From contig JBITNC010000001.1 of assembly GCA_050084985.1 (NCBI GenBank), forward strand, positions 115,382,001 through 115,446,000: a DNA stretch of 64,000 nt, in the 5' to 3' direction. Below the pieces are notes generated by a model. That model did not search any database. It was not told the origin of the DNA and worked only from the letters and a program-made list of their open reading frames with translations. The DNA comes from Nageia nagi (Eukaryota > Plantae > Pinophyta). The translations under genes and the position numbers were made by a program. Positions 1 through 13,800 of the stretch are shown here, piece after piece; position 1 is the stretch's first letter; each line of letters opens with the position of its first letter.

Positions 1-3000
1 AATGCCACTATCTCTTCAAATGCCCTTGGTGACTTATCAATATGCATGCCATTAGCGGCCTAAAAATAACATTTTTCACACCATTGGCAACCTAAAATTG
101 AATGATAAAAAACTTCATATTTTGGTCTTCAATCTATCTCCAAGCATATATACCTTTGGTTTGAGTATTTTTCTTGAAAAGATAACCTAAAAAATGATCC
201 AATTTGGATTATCAATTGATGATGAGTGAATACCAACAATCTACTTATGACTGCATCGTTGGTTTCTCTTCTTAGTGACTAAAATCTCACTAGCCATTTC
301 GGTGGCCATTGATGGTAATGCATTTTATATATATGACCTGAAGATATTATGCTTTTTATGGTTCAAAGAAAAACTCATGTGGATACATAACAAATTGTAT
401 CATCCAATAGAGATGAGCCAATGTTAACATTTTGCTTACGGTTGCATTTCTAGTTTATCTTTTAAGTGAATGAACTCTCATTAGTCATATCATTGACCAT
501 CAACAACCTTGTGTTTTATGTCCATAATTTGCAAATATTATATTATCATTAGTTTATTTGGAATCCACACCATTTGTAGTTCATAAATAGTAATACATGT
601 CATTAGCTATGTGGAAATGATACAAGAAAATGAAAAATTGAAAATAAAATACTATGATACAATTACCTTGCATAGGCTTTTGAATATTTTGGAAGGTATA
701 GAGCCATTATCTTTATGAAAATAAGCATTTAAGATGGGTGGAATTGAAGATATTTGGTTCTTATTTTCCATTCATGGAGGAGAGTTTATAAGCTCTTGAG
801 CTTGTTGCTTCTATTACAACAAATGGACCCAACCAATTTGGCTCAAATTTTGTTTCAACTTCATCATTTATTATTATCTTATTGATATTCTCTTTCAACA
901 CTATATCTCCCACTTTGAATTCTTTTACCTTGATTTTCTATCCAAATGCTCTTTTTAGCTTTGCATGGTACACTTTTTGATGTTCAAGTGCTCTCAGTCT
1001 CTTCTCATCAAATGATTCTAATTACTACAACCTAGCTTTTCTTGCATCTTCATCTAATATGTCCCCTTATAATGAAATTCTTAAGTAGGGGAGTTTCTAA
1101 TTCCAACAGTACCACAACTTCATCTCCATACACCAATGAGAATGGTGTTTCTCTAGTGGCTATTCTAATACTTTTTTTGTATGCCCATAATGCATATGGA
1201 CACTGCTCATGCTAATCTCTCTTATATATATCCCAAGTTTTTGATAAAATGCTTTTAATGGTCTCGTTAAAGGCTTCAACTTGACCATTACCTTGAGGAT
1301 AGTAAAATGAAGAAAATATTTGCATAATGTGAAACTTTTTACAAAATATCTTCATATCTTTACCTTTGAAATTAGGCCCATTTTCCACAATCAATCTTTG
1401 TGTCACACTAAACCTTGTAATGATATTTTCCACTAAAAATGCAATAATGTTATCTTGAGTGATTGATATAATAAGGATAGCTTCAACCCATTTTGTAGTG
1501 AATTTTGTGGTTGGAATGCCAAACTTGTGACATTCCCTTGAATGTGGATTAATAAGCCCAATAAAATCTATATTGCAAGTAGCAAATGGCCATGGTGACA
1601 CAATGGAATATAATTCTTGAGTAGGTTGCTTTTCTAGATTAGCATACTTTTGATATGGAAAGCATGTCATCACATGAGCTTTATAATCTTCTTCCATTAT
1701 GCACCAATAATATCCAATGCATAAACATTTAGTGTACAGTGCCTTTGAATGAAAATGACCTCCACATAAACCATCATGAGCCTATTCTAATGTTGTAACT
1801 ATCTCATATTGTCCCTGTCACTAAAGTACCGATCTTAGTAAAGCCCCATTAAAAGACCTTCTATACAATACCTCACCAATGATCACATAATTAATAGTAA
1901 TCCTTTTCAATATAACCTCTTCATTTCTATCATAAATCATAATCATAAAGAATGGTTTGATTCTTTAAGTAACTGTAAATGTCAAAGTACCAATTTTGAA
2001 AATCATTTTTTCCAGCAATCAAACAAATCTAAAATTCTTGCATATCATCAATGTAAGAAGGAGTACTAAGCTTACAAATTTTCAAGATAGTCTCCTCATT
2101 CTCAATTTAAATAGGTGCAATAGAAGTTGCACTTTCCATGGCATTTGCATACTTGTTATTAGTCCTTGGTATATGCTAAATGGTATATTTATCAAACTAT
2201 TCCAATAAGTCATTAACCACTACATTATAAGGCCTCAATTTCTTAGGTTTTGTATCAAAAATATATTATACATGGTTATTAACAAGCTACAAGTCACCAT
2301 AAATCTCTAAATCTTTAATTCTTAGTGCAACAACTACTTTCAAACCCAATATCAGTGCTTCATACTCTACCATATTATTTATGCATTCAAAACCAAGTTT
2401 ATAAGCCATGGGGGTTACCTCATTTATAGGAGGAACTAAAATAATGCCATCCCCCACTCCATATGAACATTTAGATCCATCGAAGTATAATGTCCAAATA
2501 ATGGGTTTGTCTTCTGTGAGGTATACATATTAATCTAGGATCAACATCTCATCAAAATCATGCCACTAATGACCTTATGATAGATCTATATGTCATTGAT
2601 GGCATGAATAATCCTAATACTCATTTGGAAATTCTTTATGGAACATTATTTCATCATTTAGAGGAAACTTAGCTATCTAATTTTCAATTGCCTACCCTTT
2701 TACTAACTTATATTTTACCACATTGATATCAACCCATACAAATTTAACATCTTTTTTTAGTAAATGTGTGAATGGTCTACACTTATCTCTAAGTTGGGAA
2801 ATGAATCTCCTTACCAAATTAATATTTCTTTGAAGACTTTGTAATTATCTTAAATTCTTTGGAGTAGACATGCAAATGATAGCCTTTACTTTCCTTGGAT
2901 CTACTTTAATTTCTCTTTTAGATACAATGAAACCTAACAACTTTCTAGAAGTAACACCAAAAGTACATTTTTGAGGTTTAAGTATAAGTTTATACCTTTT

Positions 3001-6000
3001 CAAAATTTGAAATACTTCTCTAAGCATCACTAGATGATCTTGTCATTATTTGGATTTTACCAAGATGTCATCAACATACACCTAAACTAATTTATGAATG
3101 TACTTATGAAGCATTGAAACTATAACCTTTGATAAGTAGCACCTACATTGTTTAGTCATATAGGTATAAACTTTCAACAAACATTTCTTGATGGAGTGGT
3201 AAATATAGTCTTACATTGGTCAACTAGATTGATTAGGAATTGATTGTAATAAAAAAAAACATCCATGATAGATAATATATCATGACCAACTATGTTATCC
3301 ATAATCATATCAATATTCGGTAATGAAAAATCATCTTTAGGACAAACATTATTAATATCTTGAAAATAAGTGCAAACCCTTATTTCCTTGATTGAATTTG
3401 TAATAGGAACAATGTTAACCATCCATTCAAAGTATTCAATGGGCCTAATAAAACCAGCATTCAAATATTTCTCTATTTCTTTCTTAACTAACAAGGCTTT
3501 TGAAGGATGCATCTTTCATGATTTTTATTTGACTAGATTAGCTCCCCTTTTATGTGGTAAATTATGCATAACAAATGAAGGATCTAAAGTAGGCATATCA
3601 TTGTAAGATCAAGAAAAATTCTTGTGGTGTTCAATGAATTTATTTTTGTACCTTTCATGTTGTGGAGTAGGGATAGCTACTCCAATTCCTCTGTTAGAAA
3701 AGTAAGATCATATTTCTTTTGTAATAGAGAAGGTAATTCCTCTAATCCTTTTATATCATTTGTAACATTATCCTTGGGATGAACCTAAAACACTTAATTG
3801 AAATTCACTTCTTGATCAAAAAAAGCATATTCATTAAGAATGTAAGTCACTTTCCTCTTTTCATCATTAGTATTAAAATAGTCAAATTCTAAAAGAATAG
3901 TATCATTAATTCATAAGTCTCTATCAATATTATAAGATAATTCAATCAAATTATATTCATTCATAAACTTAATAGGTCTCAAGGCTTGCTTAGTATTGAT
4001 ATCACTTCCCAGTCCATTCTTATTCAATTGTGCTTTGGAATTATCAGAAAATGAAGGCATCCATTATTTAGACTTTCCTAATCATCTTCCTTTGTACTTA
4101 TAATTTTCAATCATATACTTATGAACAAAAGGAGATTCAAAGAGTTTACTTATTTTTATGATCATTTAAGTTGTGGATTTATTAGGAATAGGTAATAGAA
4201 ACATAATGGAGCAAGATCTAGTTTGATCTCCACTATTTTCACACTGCTGATAGGCCTCTAGTAGAAATGCATACCTCTAAAAACCCTTAGATAGAATTTT
4301 GGGTCATACCAAATATATCATGGATAAAAATAGATCTAATTTCTCTATTTGGTAAGTACCCATACCAATTTTTGTAATTTGAGTTTGTTTTCATATACTT
4401 TCCCTTAGTGTATTATGTTTTAAGGGCTCAATCTCATATCTAGGATAAGTCATTATAATTTATTTAGAATTTGCTACATCACATAAAGTATATGATTATG
4501 GATCACCAAGCACTGTATGAACCTCCCCTTAAAAATCAAACTTTAATCTACCATATACTATAGATGGGATTGCATCCATATCATGAAGCCAAGGCCTTCC
4601 CAATAATAAATTATATGATAATTTGGAATCCACCACCTGGAATTTAGCTACAATTATCCTTACTCCTATAGTTACCATAATTGTGGCTATCCCCACTAGG
4701 TTTTTAGATGAACTATCATATGCCCTAATGTTAAATATAGCTTCTTCTAATGAAGGGACTTATACACCTTTTTGTTTGAGTTAAATCAAAAACTTATGGG
4801 AATAAATATTAACAATTGATCCATTATCTACCAAAGCTCTTTTGATTTCCCATCTATCAATCATAGGTGTAATATATAAAGCTAAACATTCATCAAGCAA
4901 CTCTTTATTAAGATTTTTAGATTTGTAAAAAGAGATAACATCACATTCCTTAAATAGCTCTAAGCATTTAAGAGAATATAGTAGCAAAAATATTTGTAGG
5001 GACTACCTCCTTTTTGAATAAAGCATATAAGATCTTCGTATGTGCTTTAGATGTAGATATAAGATCATACAAACTAATTTTTTGTAGAAGTATTTTTTAA
5101 TTGGTCTATCACACTATATGTCTTTGGATCAAGTGGTATACTTACTTATTCTACAATGACCAGATTGGGAGCATGCCTTAGATGCCCTATTCTTAATTCA
5201 ATGCACACCTCTTTTTCTACTAAAACTATATTCATTATATATCCTTGATTTATATTTTTTGATCAATTTGATACTTTCCTTGAGCAATAAGATCTAATAT
5301 TGCTACTTCTAATGCCTTACAAAAATTCATAACATGACCCTTCCTTTGATGAAATATGCAATAAGAATCTAATTTTTCCATAGGAACATTATCATCTTGG
5401 GATGATTATTTCATTAGCTAAAATAATCCCCTTTTTATTAGATCCCTTATAATAAATCATGGTTTAATTACAAAAGTGTACCTCATATATTTTATAACTT
5501 TGGTGAGGAAGTAGATCTATTAGCCATATGAATAGAGTTTTCTTCTTTTTGGCATGTGTTCATCTATTATCCTTGGGAAAAGGAGTAGGTGCATACTAAA
5601 GCTCACTTAATTCAATTAACACTTTTTATTTTTGCAATAATTCTTGTATAAATGCTCCAAAGCTAATATTTTTATTACTAGAAGAATGAAAATTAAGAAT
5701 AGGTAAAATAGAATCCATAAAGATGACACAAATTTTAGTTTCATCTAATTTACTTTGAATTGACTAACATACCTTTTTGAACAGTGGAGTTTATTTTTCT
5801 AGAGCTTCATTACCCCTTTACCTCATTATACATTACTATGTAACAATACTTTGCTCTTTGATATTGTGTTTGTATTGTCACATGAATAACTTGACCAATG
5901 ACTTGAAAGAATCGATTGAACCACCAAGCAAATTATAGAACCATTGACTAGTGTCACCTTTCATACTCCTTGGGAATAATTTTATCAACAACATATTCTT

Positions 6001-6433
6001 TGACCCTAATTTCAATAAGTAATCCTCTTGAAAGTTGATAAAATGCTATTTTGGGTCTTGTTCACCACTTAACATCTCAAACTTGGGGGCCTTGTGCTTA
6101 GGTGGTAGGTGAAAATTATGCATCTCCTTTGACAAGGGTGAGATGAATACACCATCATAGTCTTCTTCATTCAATTGTGATATCTTACTATTATCAAGAT
6201 TGGTAAGTCCTATAGCTATGAGAGGATTTGATACTATCAATGAACTACTCAAATCTTTCAATTCATTTAATTCTTTATGCATTACATGCATCTCTCTAAG
6301 CATTTCTCAAATTTTGTCTTCCATGTTAACACCACTAATGGCTAAGAAATAGCTATAAACATCACTAGCAATGTAGGTCTATTATAAAAATCTTGTGAGA
6401 TATCATTAGGAGTGCAAGATAAATCAAATAGAT

Positions 6434-6443
6434 GGGTTCACCA
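6434..6443 (-). promoter_or_regulatory. Primer-binding site complementary to tRNA-Trp 3' end
   Basis: Minus strand TGGTGAACCC, 3 nt inside the LTR. It matches the reverse complement of the plant tRNA-Trp 3' end (...GGGTTCACCA) as I recall it. Confidence 0.7.
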
Positions 6444-6446
6444 AAA

Positions 6447-7077
6447 TGTAGAACCAAAATAATACATAACAAATAAATTAATGTAGTATTTGTCTACAAT
6501 ATTTAATTAAAGAATATATCAGAAATATGGTATCAAGCAAATAATAATAAATAGTGTACCTTCATCATAATTGCACAAAAATGGAATAACAAAAACCATT
6601 CATCAATCATCACAACACATTCACATTGACACACACTGCTAATAGCCTAAAGGTAACACATCACTGACTACATGGAATAAATAGATCAATGGAAGGAATC
6701 AAATATATGCAAGAGCAAGTTGAAGGGTTTGATAGATCTATGTAGAGGTGGTTTAAAAAAACACCTATTTTGGTAGGATAAAGTGATCTTGCATGTGTTA
6801 AAGTCTCTCTTGTTATTTTTGGATGCCCTTGTATGATGATGTTGGGTTATCTTTAATATATCTTTATAGCAACATCCTTTTCCTTTTTGATTCTTGATAT
6901 CATTATACATTACATAGTTTGATGTATCTCTCTTGATATTTTACACCTTTTACATTGTACAATGATCCATTACATTTATTACATTGCCTTTGCTATATTT
7001 TAACCCTCTTTTATAATAAATATGATTGAATTCATGAAATGAAATATTTAATAAATAATAATTCATTTTTATGTACA
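6447..7077 (-). repeat. 5' LTR of left Tat element
   Basis: Adjacent to the PBS (minus strand ...CTACA-TTT-TGGTGAACCC). The distal end aligns with the start of the LTR at 57352 (TGTAC..AAAAATGAATTATTATTTA). The outer boundary is approximate. Confidence 0.7.
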
Positions 7078-8610
7078 ATAAGATTATGATAATGATGCTC
7101 ATGATCGATATAGTAAAGGTAGATGGATGTGTTTATTATCATTCACTAGATGATGTGATTGGATGTGTTTATGCCAAATCACATTTGTTGGTGTTAGTGA
7201 ATATACATGTCTACCACTATTCATAAGATGATGATGTTATTGCATATTTTTATCTTTTATCATTGATGATGATTATGATTAGATGTGTGTATGCCCAATC
7301 ATATTGATTGTAAATTTATATATGTGTCCCTATTTAGAAGTTATATGAATGTATTTATCCTTATCCACTTTTCATGTATGACCTAGAATTGAACTATTTT
7401 CCCTATCTTTAGTTCTATGAATAACATGTGTATCCCTATTGATTTGCAAAATTTAATCATAGATGGTTGAGTGTGTCCTTATCCATGCGAAATAAATAAG
7501 CATAGTGATGTGAGTTCCACTATTTCTTAATATTAGTAAATGTGTAAATCCCTACTCATACGTTATATTTCCATGAACTATTGTATGTTATGCTCAAGTA
7601 GTTATTCATACACTATCCCCATTTTGAGATCATTGTAATAAAGGAATGCTATTAGGAATATCACATCAGTCCTAATATTTTTTAAGTAGTATTTTGTTGG
7701 TAGATACTTTGTTATTCCCCATGTTATTGCATGTGATCTTCTATAATTAAGCAATACATAAACTAGATATATTGTGGTTTATCATGTATAACTAATCTAG
7801 AACTTATAGAGAATAGACAACACAATAATAATAAATCTCACAAATTATTGTTACAAATATGTAATAAATTTTCACTTTTCTTATTGTTATTTTTTATATT
7901 TACGAGACCCTATGGATTATACATACTTGTGTATCCATATTAATAACATTTTCATTCTTCTTATTATCATCTTCATACTAAATAATATAACATTGTTTTA
8001 ATTTCAAGAAGCATAGATAAGTTAACCTATTTCTAGTAAAATCATGTCACATATGTAAGCCTCATTATATATTTTAGTAAAAGAGAAATTTAGATCTCAA
8101 ATAACATACACATTTCAATGAAATGAATATTTTTTTTTTTTACAAAAAGATTGTTTTGAATGTCTAAATCACATAAGGTTATATACTTGAATAAAATTCA
8201 CTAAGCTTACTAATGTAGGATTTAACATAATGATTAATGATTTTCTTGATAGAATATAAATTAGTAAAAGCCATCTTATCTCTTATATGAATTTTTAGTT
8301 CTATAGAAATAGTCATGATGATTTTCATGTGGTAACAAAATTAGGTGGCACTTTACACAACCAATCAAGGGGAAATTTAATAAGGCTTCTTTAAAATAAT
8401 TTATCTTTACAAGATAAATTAGTATAATATTTTTTAAATAAGTAAATATAGCCTATGAGATTCTCTTTATCTTTAAGAAATTATAACATCAAAGTAATGA
8501 ATTGAAAGGATAATGTATATTTCAATATTTAAAATTTTTAAATTAATAGATGAAAAATGATATTTTAAAAGGATCCACAAACCCTATATATAAATAAGCA
8601 ATAAATAACA

Positions 8611-11600
8611 TTTTTTTTTGTTTATATTAATGGTTCTTTTTAGTGAGAACCAATAACCTTATTTACATGTGTCTTATGAGATTGAACTACATTCAAACAT
8701 CTTTACAAAAAATTACTAGTTACAAAAAATACCTATTATGCCTCCTGGTACCCAGCACAAATGTATAAGCCAAGGAAAATTTACCCTATATCTTCTCAAA
8801 AAATAAATAAATAATGCAAATAATAAAAACCATGACATAGAGAAACCACAATCAAAACTATTAACTTTCAACTTCGAAAATGGCACTCATTGTAAGGTTG
8901 ACCCTCATAGTACCAATTTCCTTCCATCGATTATCAAAAAATTAACAATAGAGTCTTTCGATTCTGGATCATGGTCATGAAAATTCATGAGATAGCATTG
9001 CACCTAGCTATTACTAAATATTTACCAAACTTCTCCATCTCATTGAACCTCTCTATAATTTTTGCGTTCTACCATATTGCTTTTGCCCATACTAGAGTGA
9101 GAAATTGCATGTAAATATAATTAAGGTGGAATCTAATTTAGGAAAGGTGGTAGGGAAAAAATGTTGAAGTTATTATATATTGATGTATGCCACCTTTTAG
9201 TAGTATTCCTTAAAATTTGATGTCACCATGGATTGGTCCATGCCACATAGTCACTTTTGCTGGATAATAAATGTATGAGGGATGGATGAGATTGAGATGT
9301 GAGTCCTTAAAGTTGATAGTCTGATCATCCTCCCTTGCTCCAATCCTAACGATCCTCATCATTCAATCATTTTGGGGCTCCTTACATTATCAACTATATC
9401 GATGAGGATGATCTCTAAGGGAAGTTGGTAGTGTAGAGAATATGACTCAGCATCCTTGGTGGAGTCTAATTGGATGCAGTAGTTAATATTCTCTACTAAT
9501 AACCTTAAGAATAATTTTCATATGATGGTCGATTCTTGTTTGTGTTCTTTGAATAGTCTATAATTTCATTCTTTCTAGATTGATCAATAGATGAGGGGTG
9601 GATGATAGCCCAAATTAATTTGTATTTCTTATTACCTCATTCAAATCTCCATTTCTCAACTACATCAGCTAGAGAAAGTGGGATGAGCCATTGGTGGTGT
9701 GATTTGGAATTAACTATACCCTATAGGTCCTTTACATACTCATAGTGAAGGTAGATATGATTTGAAGTTTCTTCTACATTTTTTACATAGGATATACATA
9801 TATGGAAAGATCATTCTTTTCCTTTTTAGGATTTCACTGGTATGATTTCTTTTCAAGATAGCTACGCAATGGAAACTAGCTATTTTAGGGATTAGGCCTT
9901 TTATCTAAACACTATCCCATAGTGTATTCTAAGGATCTCTAAGTTTGTAATTAATAAAGTTATAACTTATAATGATTGAGTATTTAACCTTTCTCCCTTT
10001 TTCATCAATCCAATATAAATAATCTATTTTTTGAGTGGGATATAGGACAAGTTTTTTTAATTTTTTGAGGAGTTTCACTCTTAATTCGATAAGCAAGGGA
10101 TTGATAGGTTGAGGAATAAATAATCAAAATTCATCATTAAGTGGAGAAATATAATTAGCCTCTCTAAGAAAAATTCTATTCTTAGCCCATAATATTAGAG
10201 GGTTCCATTTGGGTTGATTTGCTAAGAAGGTGGGGCACATCCATCTATCATTCTATTCATATTTGTCCAAGATAGACTTCATGAATCATTCTTCTCTAAT
10301 GCTTGCTTTCCTAACTGATATGGTATCATTAACAAATTGATTATGTGTAATGGGGGAGCAACTGTAAGTAGGTTTAATCCCTTTAATGATACCCAATTGG
10401 TTATCCCATATCAGGGACCTTCCTAGTGCCTCATCCATTGTAATAAATAGATAATATGATAAAGGATCTCCTTGTCTCAATCCTATGGTGGAATTAAAGA
10501 AATGTGCTACTTCAATACTAACTAGAACTGAGAAGGGGCCTATTGATCTGCATTTACTAACATATGTTTTCCATCAGTTTTGAAATTGAAATTTTTCATG
10601 TACCTAATCTGGAAACTTCCAAGAAACCCAATTTTAATCTTTTTGCATATTAAATATTATTATAGCTTGATACCTTGAAGCTTTTATGGAATATAAAGTC
10701 TTATGCATTAGGATGATACCATCTGAGATATGTCTATCCTTCACAATGTCATCTTATTCTACTAAAATAATCTTAGGTGAGACCTCATCCATTTTGTTTG
10801 CAAGTAATTTTGTATATTATGTTATAGAGTCCAATAGGATTGAAATTATTCAAGTTATTTTCTTATTAAATTTTAGGACTTAAGGTCTCAAATGTTGTGT
10901 TCCATCTCTGTTGGAGGGTGTTATGTTTTTAAAATTCTTACATTACTTTTACCATGTCATCTCTAATAATGTTCCAAAACTGATGAAAGAATCATGTTAG
11001 GAATCCATCTAGTTAAAGGGCTTTATCTTTTTCCATCATAAATACCATGGATGCAATTTCATATTCAAAAAAAGGAGCTAGTAGTTTATTTTTACACTCA
11101 TCAATAACTAAGGGAGAGATATTTTCAAGGAGTTCTCTAGAAGTATTTTGGTTTTCTTCTATTATCTGTGTGAGGAGATTCTTGTATAATGTTACTACCA
11201 TTTCTTTAATCTCTATTTCATCTTCAGTTAGGCTTTTGTCATCCTTTTCCAATGCACAAATTTTATTGAAATCCCTTCTCCTTAGAGTTTATAATTTAAA
11301 GAATTTTATATTATGATCACCCTCTTTGATCTACAAAATTTTGGATTTCTACTTCTAGAAGATTTCTTCTCTTTTAAGATAAAGTTGATAATGTTCCTTT
11401 AGGAAATTTTCTTTAGCAGCAATTTTTTGATATCTTACCTCTCTTTAGATTGTAGTTTCAATTAGATCTAGTTTCCCTCTTATCTCTACTTTCTTGTTCT
11501 CAATGTGCTTGAAGTTATACCGACTCCATACTTTCAAATTTTTCTTCAATACGAAGTTTCTTCTAAATTTAGAATATTTTTATCCCCTTTACCTTTGTAT

Positions 11601-13800
11601 TTCACCATTCCTCCATTTTTTCTTTCAATTGTGGGTGAGTAAGCCAAATTAATTTGAATATTAAAGAAGCTCTCTTTTCTACATATGGGGAAGCTTGCAA
11701 TAGTAGGGGAAGGTGATCCAAAGCTATCTTAGTTTGTGCTAGTAAAGCATAGTTAGGAAAACTTATTGAGCAAGAGGAAGAACAAACTTCTCTATCTAGC
11801 TTATTTTGGATAAGATCCTCCTCAACTCTCATGTTATTCCATGTAAATTTAGCACCTATTCAATTCAATTTTATTAGATTGTTAGTATCCAAAAAGTTTT
11901 GAGGTTAGCTATATCGCTATCCTTCTCCCTTTCTCCTCCTAATTTTTCATGAGGGTGCAAGATCGTATTGAAGTCATTCATGATGATCCATGGGATATCA
12001 AGAAATAACATTCTATCTTATGTTAGGACCTTAAAAACCTTTCTTCATTCCATAGATTCATTGGGAGCATACAAATTACTAATTAGGAATTCAAAATTTT
12101 TCTTCATATTAATAATTGAAGTGCGGATATATCTATTAGAGCAATTTAGGCAAGGTTGATTGTTAGGTTTCATGATATTCAGATCCTATAGAGTTATTAA
12201 GCCTCCAAAAGTTCCATTAGACTCTTGCCATTGTAAATTGGGATCTTTCCACATCCTTCCTTTTGTATATATTATACATTCCTCTTTTACTTTTGATTCT
12301 TGAAAGATTACCATATTTGATTTTTTGTTATGTTAAAGATCATTGAAAGATCTTTATATTCTAGGAGCATTATAGCTCCAAATATTTCATGATAGTATCT
12401 TAATTAATGATCTATACACCCTCCTCGCTTCCACTCTAATCTAGAATACATTGTTTCACATTAGAAATACCTTGCTCTATAAGCCTATCCCTAAAATCCC
12501 TAGATGAAGGTTTTCCTAAATGAACTTGTTCAACATTTGGTATTTTGTGGGTGTTTAGAATATTTTGGGATGGGATATCTAATCCTACATTTTGCTATTG
12601 TGTAACTATAGCTATAGGTTGATTGTATGCATTTCTTATCCACTTTATGATTCTTTTGATTTATTCTTCTTCATCTTCACCTTTAGCCACACCAACTACT
12701 TCCATATCTACCACTTCATTTTTAAAAAAATCAAATTGGTATTCCACATTTTCTCTATTATTTCCTTTTAGAATACTTAGGACTACATAAGGATTCTTGT
12801 TAGTTAAAGGATTATTGCTCTTATTACCATTTTTTTCAATGTTGTTTGAGGGTTTTGAGGGACTTTTAGTTTATTGTTTGCTAAAATTCTTATTATTTTT
12901 TTAAATCTTATGATTTTGAACTATTTTTCTACTCATTTTCTCCATTTTTATTTTGGTTACCACTATTTAATTTTACCTAAGTTCTTTTTTCTTCCTCTAT
13001 AACTTTCTTCTCCAAATATTCTTTAACATAGTGATCAAATATTTTGCATATACCAAATTTAAATGGAAGGTTTTCGTAGTATATGGACTAAGTCCATTCG
13101 CATCCATCTTTAGTATTTACTTGAATTTCTTTAATCAAAGGCTTAGTAATGTACTAATTAACTATAAACCTAGCATTAATAAGCTTCAATATCAAATGTG
13201 TAGCTCTTTCAATTATAACTAATAAACTAATTTCTTTAGCCACTCTCACTATAAAACTTGGATGCCAATAGGAGGGATGAATTCATAGTACTACCACGTA
13301 GGAATTAGATTGATGTTTTCAATGTCTGGTGAGAAATTTTTATCTCATTTCTTGATTGTTAACCCTTTTTTTTCCTAAAAACCAAGGTCCTAGCTTTATT
13401 ACTTTTTTAATATCCTCTTCAAATTAAAATTTAAAAATGATAAATTCCTTGGGAAGTGAAATAAGTGAAACCAATCCTTTAGTGGTCCATATATCTTGAA
13501 CCCAACTTTGAATAAGTTTGATTTGAGGTCTAACTCCTGCAAATTTACCCACTAGGTAATTATTTAGATCGCTTTCTTCCAAGTCAGTTATAATTTTTGG
13601 GATTATGACACTTATTTAGTCTTTTATGAAATCAAGTTCCAAAACCACACTTATGGCTTCTTCAATGAATGATTAATCCTATAATAGCTGCTCTACCATT
13701 CCCTTGGAGGTTTTGGTTTTGGTAGTGTTCTTGCTTTGTTTTCCACATTCCTTTGAACATTGGACTGCATTTCTACCAAATTTTACACACATTATATTCA
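8611..13800 (-). mobile_element. Decayed L1-clade LINE (ORF1 DUF4283/Zn-knuckle; ORF2 APE endonuclease-RT-zf-RVT) with an internal RT deletion
   Basis: Minus strand: ORF1 LVGKFAGVRPQI..IQSWV (~13540), GPWF (~13385), degenerate knuckle (~13050); endonuclease NLYAPN (~12070), WIIMNDFN (~11980), FTWNN, LDHLPL; RT LRQGDPLS (10480) and HNQFVNDT (for HLQFADDT); zf-RVT-like LWDSV*IKGLIPK (~9910); A-tail (T9 on + at 8611-8619). No TSD resolved. Confidence 0.88.

Larger units (their letters stand above)
720..7077 (-). mobile_element. Decayed Ty3/gypsy LTR retrotransposon, Tat clade (gag-PR-G-patch-RT-[RH deleted]-aRH-INT); 3' LTR not identified in window
   Basis: Minus-strand fragments: gag (PPKHKAPKFEMLSGEQDPK, 6046-6303), protease (RALVDNGS ~4820; YNLLLGRPW ~4600), RT (EIEKYLNAGFIRPIEY...CPKDDFSLPNID, 3174-3512; KCTFGVTSRKLLGFIVS, 2845-3030), aRH (WTLYFDGSK ~2490), integrase (PWPFAT..IDFIG, YPQGNGQVEA, 1212-1697; KFEPNWLGPF ~840). 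Many stops and frameshifts. Collinear with the copy at 57352-64000. Confidence 0.93.
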
